Below are positions 59,985-64,000 of a stretch of DNA of 64,000 nucleotides, piece after piece. The position numbers and the translations under genes were made by a program. Each line of letters starts with the position of its first letter. Within the stretch, counting starts at the first letter, position 1. Source of the DNA: Macrostomum lignano (lineage: Eukaryota); the NCBI GenBank assembly GCA_002269645.1, contig NIVC01001170.1:62001-126000 (forward strand), in the 5' to 3' direction. The notes beneath the pieces were generated by a model. It made no database searches and was not told the DNA's origin. It saw only the letters and a list, made by a program, of their open reading frames with translations.

Positions 59985-60628
59985 CTTCCTAAATGAGACT
60001 TAACGTGTCCTAAATGAGACTAAACGTGTCCTAAATGAGACTAAACGTGTCCTAAATGAGACTAAACGCGTCCTAAATGAGACTTAACGTGTATCTGTAC
60101 TAAATGAGACTAAACGTGTCCTAAATGAGACTACATGTGTCCTAAATGAGACCAAACGTGTCCTAAATAAGACTACATGAGTCCAATATGAGACTAAACG
60201 CGTCCTTAATGAGACTAAACGTGTCCTAAATGAGACCAAACGTATCCTAAATGAGACTAAACCTGTCCTTAATGAGACTAAACGTGTCCTAAATGAGACT
60301 AAACCTGTCCTTAATGAGACTAAATGTGTCCTAAATAAGACTAAACCTGTCCTTAATGAGACTAAACCTGTCCTTAATGAGACTAAACCTGTCCTTAATG
60401 AGACTAAACGTGTCCTAAATAAGACTAAACCTGTCCTTAATGAGACTAAACCTGTCCTTAATGAGACTAAACCTGTCCTTAATGAGACTAAACCTGTCCT
60501 AAATGAGACTAAACCTGTCCTTAATGAGACTAAACGTGTCCTAAATGAGACTAAACCTGTCCTTAATGAGACTAAACGTGTCCTAAATGAGACTAAACCT
60601 GTCCTTAATGAGACTAAACGTGTCCTAA
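59985..60628. repeat. 21-bp minisatellite AATGAGACTAAAC(C/G)TGTCCT(T/A)
   Basis: Visible tandem array. Confidence 0.95.
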
Positions 60629-63084
60629 AGTTGTCGCTAATTCCCATGTATTTTACATTTAGATTACACTTTGTGTTTTTAAACAAAGATTTGGAAATAC
60701 TAAATAGTACTGTTATAAATACGGATTCACCATGCTTTGATGTTTGGGTGCAGACAATTTCTGGATAGCTATGGCTTGTCAGTCTGCAATGCGGCTACTG
60801 CATACACACTATGCGCTCGCCTTTGATGGCAAAGAGAATACTAGCTATTGTTATAAAAGCTGTTGCCTGTTTTATTCTAAAAGCTAATAATCGATGGGAC
60901 TCGCGGTAAGGTGCAGCCACGAGGAGAGGGTCGGGCGATTATTCTAGACCGCCTACACTAGACTAGCTATATCCCATCCCTTTCCCGCCAAAGCTTGTAG
61001 GAATGTTGCCTGACAGGCAGACAGACTGGGTGCGGGAAGGAAAACTCTAGCTCTGTTGACGGTCATCTCGCGGCATCCTGTTTATCTGCATATGGCTGCT
61101 GGCTAGAAATATTTTATATATATTCTGTTTTCGCGCCTCGACATTTCTCTCTCTCTCCCACGCGACCGCCGCGAGGTGCACTTCGATCGTCTTTGATCTT
61201 GAATCTTCGCCGAATGTGAATTTGGGATAATTTGAATTTTGCGAATATTTTTAACTGCTTTTAACAAAATATTTTTGCAAATGTAACATGTTAATCTAAT
61301 AATGCAGTGTATTTACTTAAATACAGTATTTATACACATTTCATTTGCTTCAAAGGGTCGTATAGAGCGCATTATATTATAACTTAATTATCTTTCTTAA
61401 TTATGTGGAATTACATGAGTTACTTCAAAGTATGAAAGCCAGACAGCTGCACGAGGAAAATTACCATTTTTATTTAATTGTCCAAGAATATTGACAAAAC
61501 CCAACATATTCCGGTATTTTATAAGCCATCGCAGAGCGGAAAAACTGTTCGAAAATGCATGGCACCACTCGACTAATTTAATTGCTGACTTTTTATATTT
61601 AAATACGGATTTAAAACCCTTTAATTACAAAACGTATGGCTTTTGTTGTTATAATTTCAAAATTCTCATAATTTTCTGCATAAAAATGGTTCAACGGTAA
61701 GGTAATGTTTATATTACGTACGATATAGCTAAAAATTTAAAAATACAAATCTTTTTTTAAAAACTATTAAAAACTATTTAAAAAATATAAATACTATTAT
61801 AACCAATTATTAAGAAATCAAAAAGACTTATATTAACAACACCTTCAGATTATATTTTCTGTATGCGAATAAAAAAACACTAGATAAAATATAGTAGCTA
61901 TCAAACGTAAATAAGTATATTAATATTAATACTCAATGCGGAATACACTCGTACTCATCGTAATCGCTGTGTATTAGTAAAGTAAATGTACTTAAATTAA
62001 TTAAAGTTAACTTGAGTGTCACGATTAAAATAATTTTGCGAATTAGTTTTAATACTTCTTATTTACTCAAATTTAAATTTTATCTCGAAAATAATATTAA
62101 TAACGGTAAATGTCGACAAGTACATGCAATTTATTGGATTTACTATCCCCGAAAGTTAAGCAGTAACCAACAAGATGGTTACAACAAGTGTCAGGGTCAT
62201 CGGAAAAAAAGAAAACTGGTTCATACTGAAGCGATGGATGCTCCCGATGGGTTTTTCTTCCCGAAGAAATTTTCTCAAATTGGCAATACATGGCTATAGC
62301 TAACACAAGACTAAATGCATAAAACCGGCACAGTTATACACATATGTGCTCCATCCTTATGCACTAGATCGCTCCCAGTTCTACTCCAACCCATCCGCCA
62401 GAGATTTCCCGGCTCAGAGATCTAGCTAGTATAGCCGCCCCCACTCCTTCCTCAAACCAGCTTTCTTCCACGTTGGAAAAATTCTATTCTAGCGAGGAGG
62501 GGAGGAAGAGAGAGAGAAAAGTCCAAGATTTAGCGATTGGGCAGAGTGGAGTGGGCAGAGAACGGCCTCTATACTCTTTGAGTCTTCGTGATTTGAGTTC
62601 GAAAGTATATCCCCCTTGCCTATAGAGCTGGGGCATTCCACTTGCCTATAGCCTGAGGGATTCGCCATTGGGGAATTGCCGGGGCCCAGCGCCTTCTCTC
62701 TTCAGCTTCCCTCCCTCATCCCGTCGATCCCCCAACTTCAACCTTCTCCCTAACCCCCATCCCTCCCTCCCTCGGGCCAGCTTCCCATTTCTCCTGCAAG
62801 CGGAGGGCTTCTCTTGGTAAAAAAATAAACAGAACAATATTGCTGGGAATGGGAAAATAATCCCTGCATGAGCTGCTGTTTAACTCAGACGAGTCTGGTT
62901 CCGCTTTGAGATGCAGGCTGGGCACCAGACAAGTTCGCATGGTTGCAGCCATGGAAAATTGTGGACTTTGAAATGGCACTAAAGCTGCAATTACAGCGAA
63001 CTTCTCGACAAACTGTGTGCAAAATAAACTGAAGTAGGTCGCTTTCAAAAAGTTGCCATCTTGTTTTATTCAATCCCAACAGTA

Positions 63085-63980
63085 CTCACAGAGAGTCAGT
63101 AGACACAGAGAGTCAGTAGACACAGAGAGTCAGTAGTCACAGAGAGTCAGCAGATACAGAGAGTCAGTAGACACAGAGAGTCAGTAGACAAAGAGAGTCA
63201 GTAGACAAAGAGAGTCAGTAGACAAAGAGAGTCAGTAGACAAAGAGAGTCAGTAGACACAGAGAGTCAGTAGACACAGAGAGTCAGTAGACACAGAGAGT
63301 CAGTAGACACAGAGAGTCAGTAGACAAAGAGAGTCAGTAGACAAAGAGAGTCAGTAGACACACAGAGAGTCAGTAGACACAGAGAGTCAGTAGACACAGA
63401 GAGTCAGTAGACACAGAGAGTCAGTAGACAAAGAGAGTCAGTAGACACAGAGAGTCAGTAGACACAGAGAGTCAGTAGACAAAGAGAGTCAGTAGACACA
63501 GAGAGTCAGTAGACACACAGAGCGTCAGTAGACACACAGAGAGTCAGTAGACACAGAGAGTCAGTAGACACAGAGAGTCAGTAGACACAGAGAGTCAGTA
63601 GTCACAGAGAGTCAGTAGTCACAGAGAGTCAGTAGACACACAGAGAGTCAGTAGACACACAGAGAGTCAGTAGACACACAGAGAGTCAGTAGACACACAG
63701 AGAGTCAGTAGACACACAGAGAGTCAGTAGACACACAGAGCGTCAGTAGACACACACAGAGTCAGTAGTCACAGAGAGTCAGTAGTCACAGAGAGTCAGT
63801 AGACACACAGAGCGTCAGTAGACACACAGAGAGTCAGTAGTCACAGAGAGTCAGTAGACACAGAGAGTCAGTAGTCACAGAGAGTCAGTAGACACACAGA
63901 GAGTCAGTAGTCACAGAGAGTCAGTAGACACAGTGAGTCAGTAGACACAGAGTCAGTAGTCACAGAGAGTCAGTAGACAA
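63085..63980. repeat. 17-bp minisatellite CAGAGAGTCAGTAGACA, third locus
   Basis: Same unit as 9692-11245. Confidence 0.96.
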
Positions 63981-64000
63981 AGTCAGAGGTTCGGTCAGTT

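Noticed and set aside
62716-63048. Candidate upstream SYDE exon
   Set aside because: No PDZ or other Syd-1 motif is recognisable and no clear phase-compatible donor was found.

Overview
Eukaryotic (metazoan) genomic DNA with GC-rich, low-complexity-laden exons and introns filled by minisatellites. This style suggests the flatworm Macrostomum, but that is an inference. Eight co-oriented + strand genes occupy 0.4-31.8 kb: LATS/warts (5' partial), MRPS22, two SRSF3/7-like paralogs, MED31, MED8, MRPS7 and METTL14. They are followed by DNM1L/Drp1 (-), UNC119 (+, head-to-head with DNM1L) and a C2-RhoGAP of the SYDE/Syd-1 type (-, 5' partial). Non-coding content comprises two copies of an H/ACA snoRNA whose 5' pocket matches the conserved 18S CCUU-U-G-UACACACC site, two tRNA-derived SINE families, three hAT-like non-autonomous elements with 8-bp TSDs, an LTR remnant and over 30 tandem arrays. 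The most notable observations are: (1) the MED8 start codon lies inside the MED31 ORF (41-nt overlap, +1 frame); (2) a ~54-bp-period array of [LTR end + tRNA primer-binding site + unique spacer] units follows the LTR; (3) the duplicated snoRNA, one copy of which is not in a coding-region intron; (4) operon-like packing. Exon boundaries were read by eye from splice signals and recalled family motifs, no database searches were run, and repeat coordinates are approximate.
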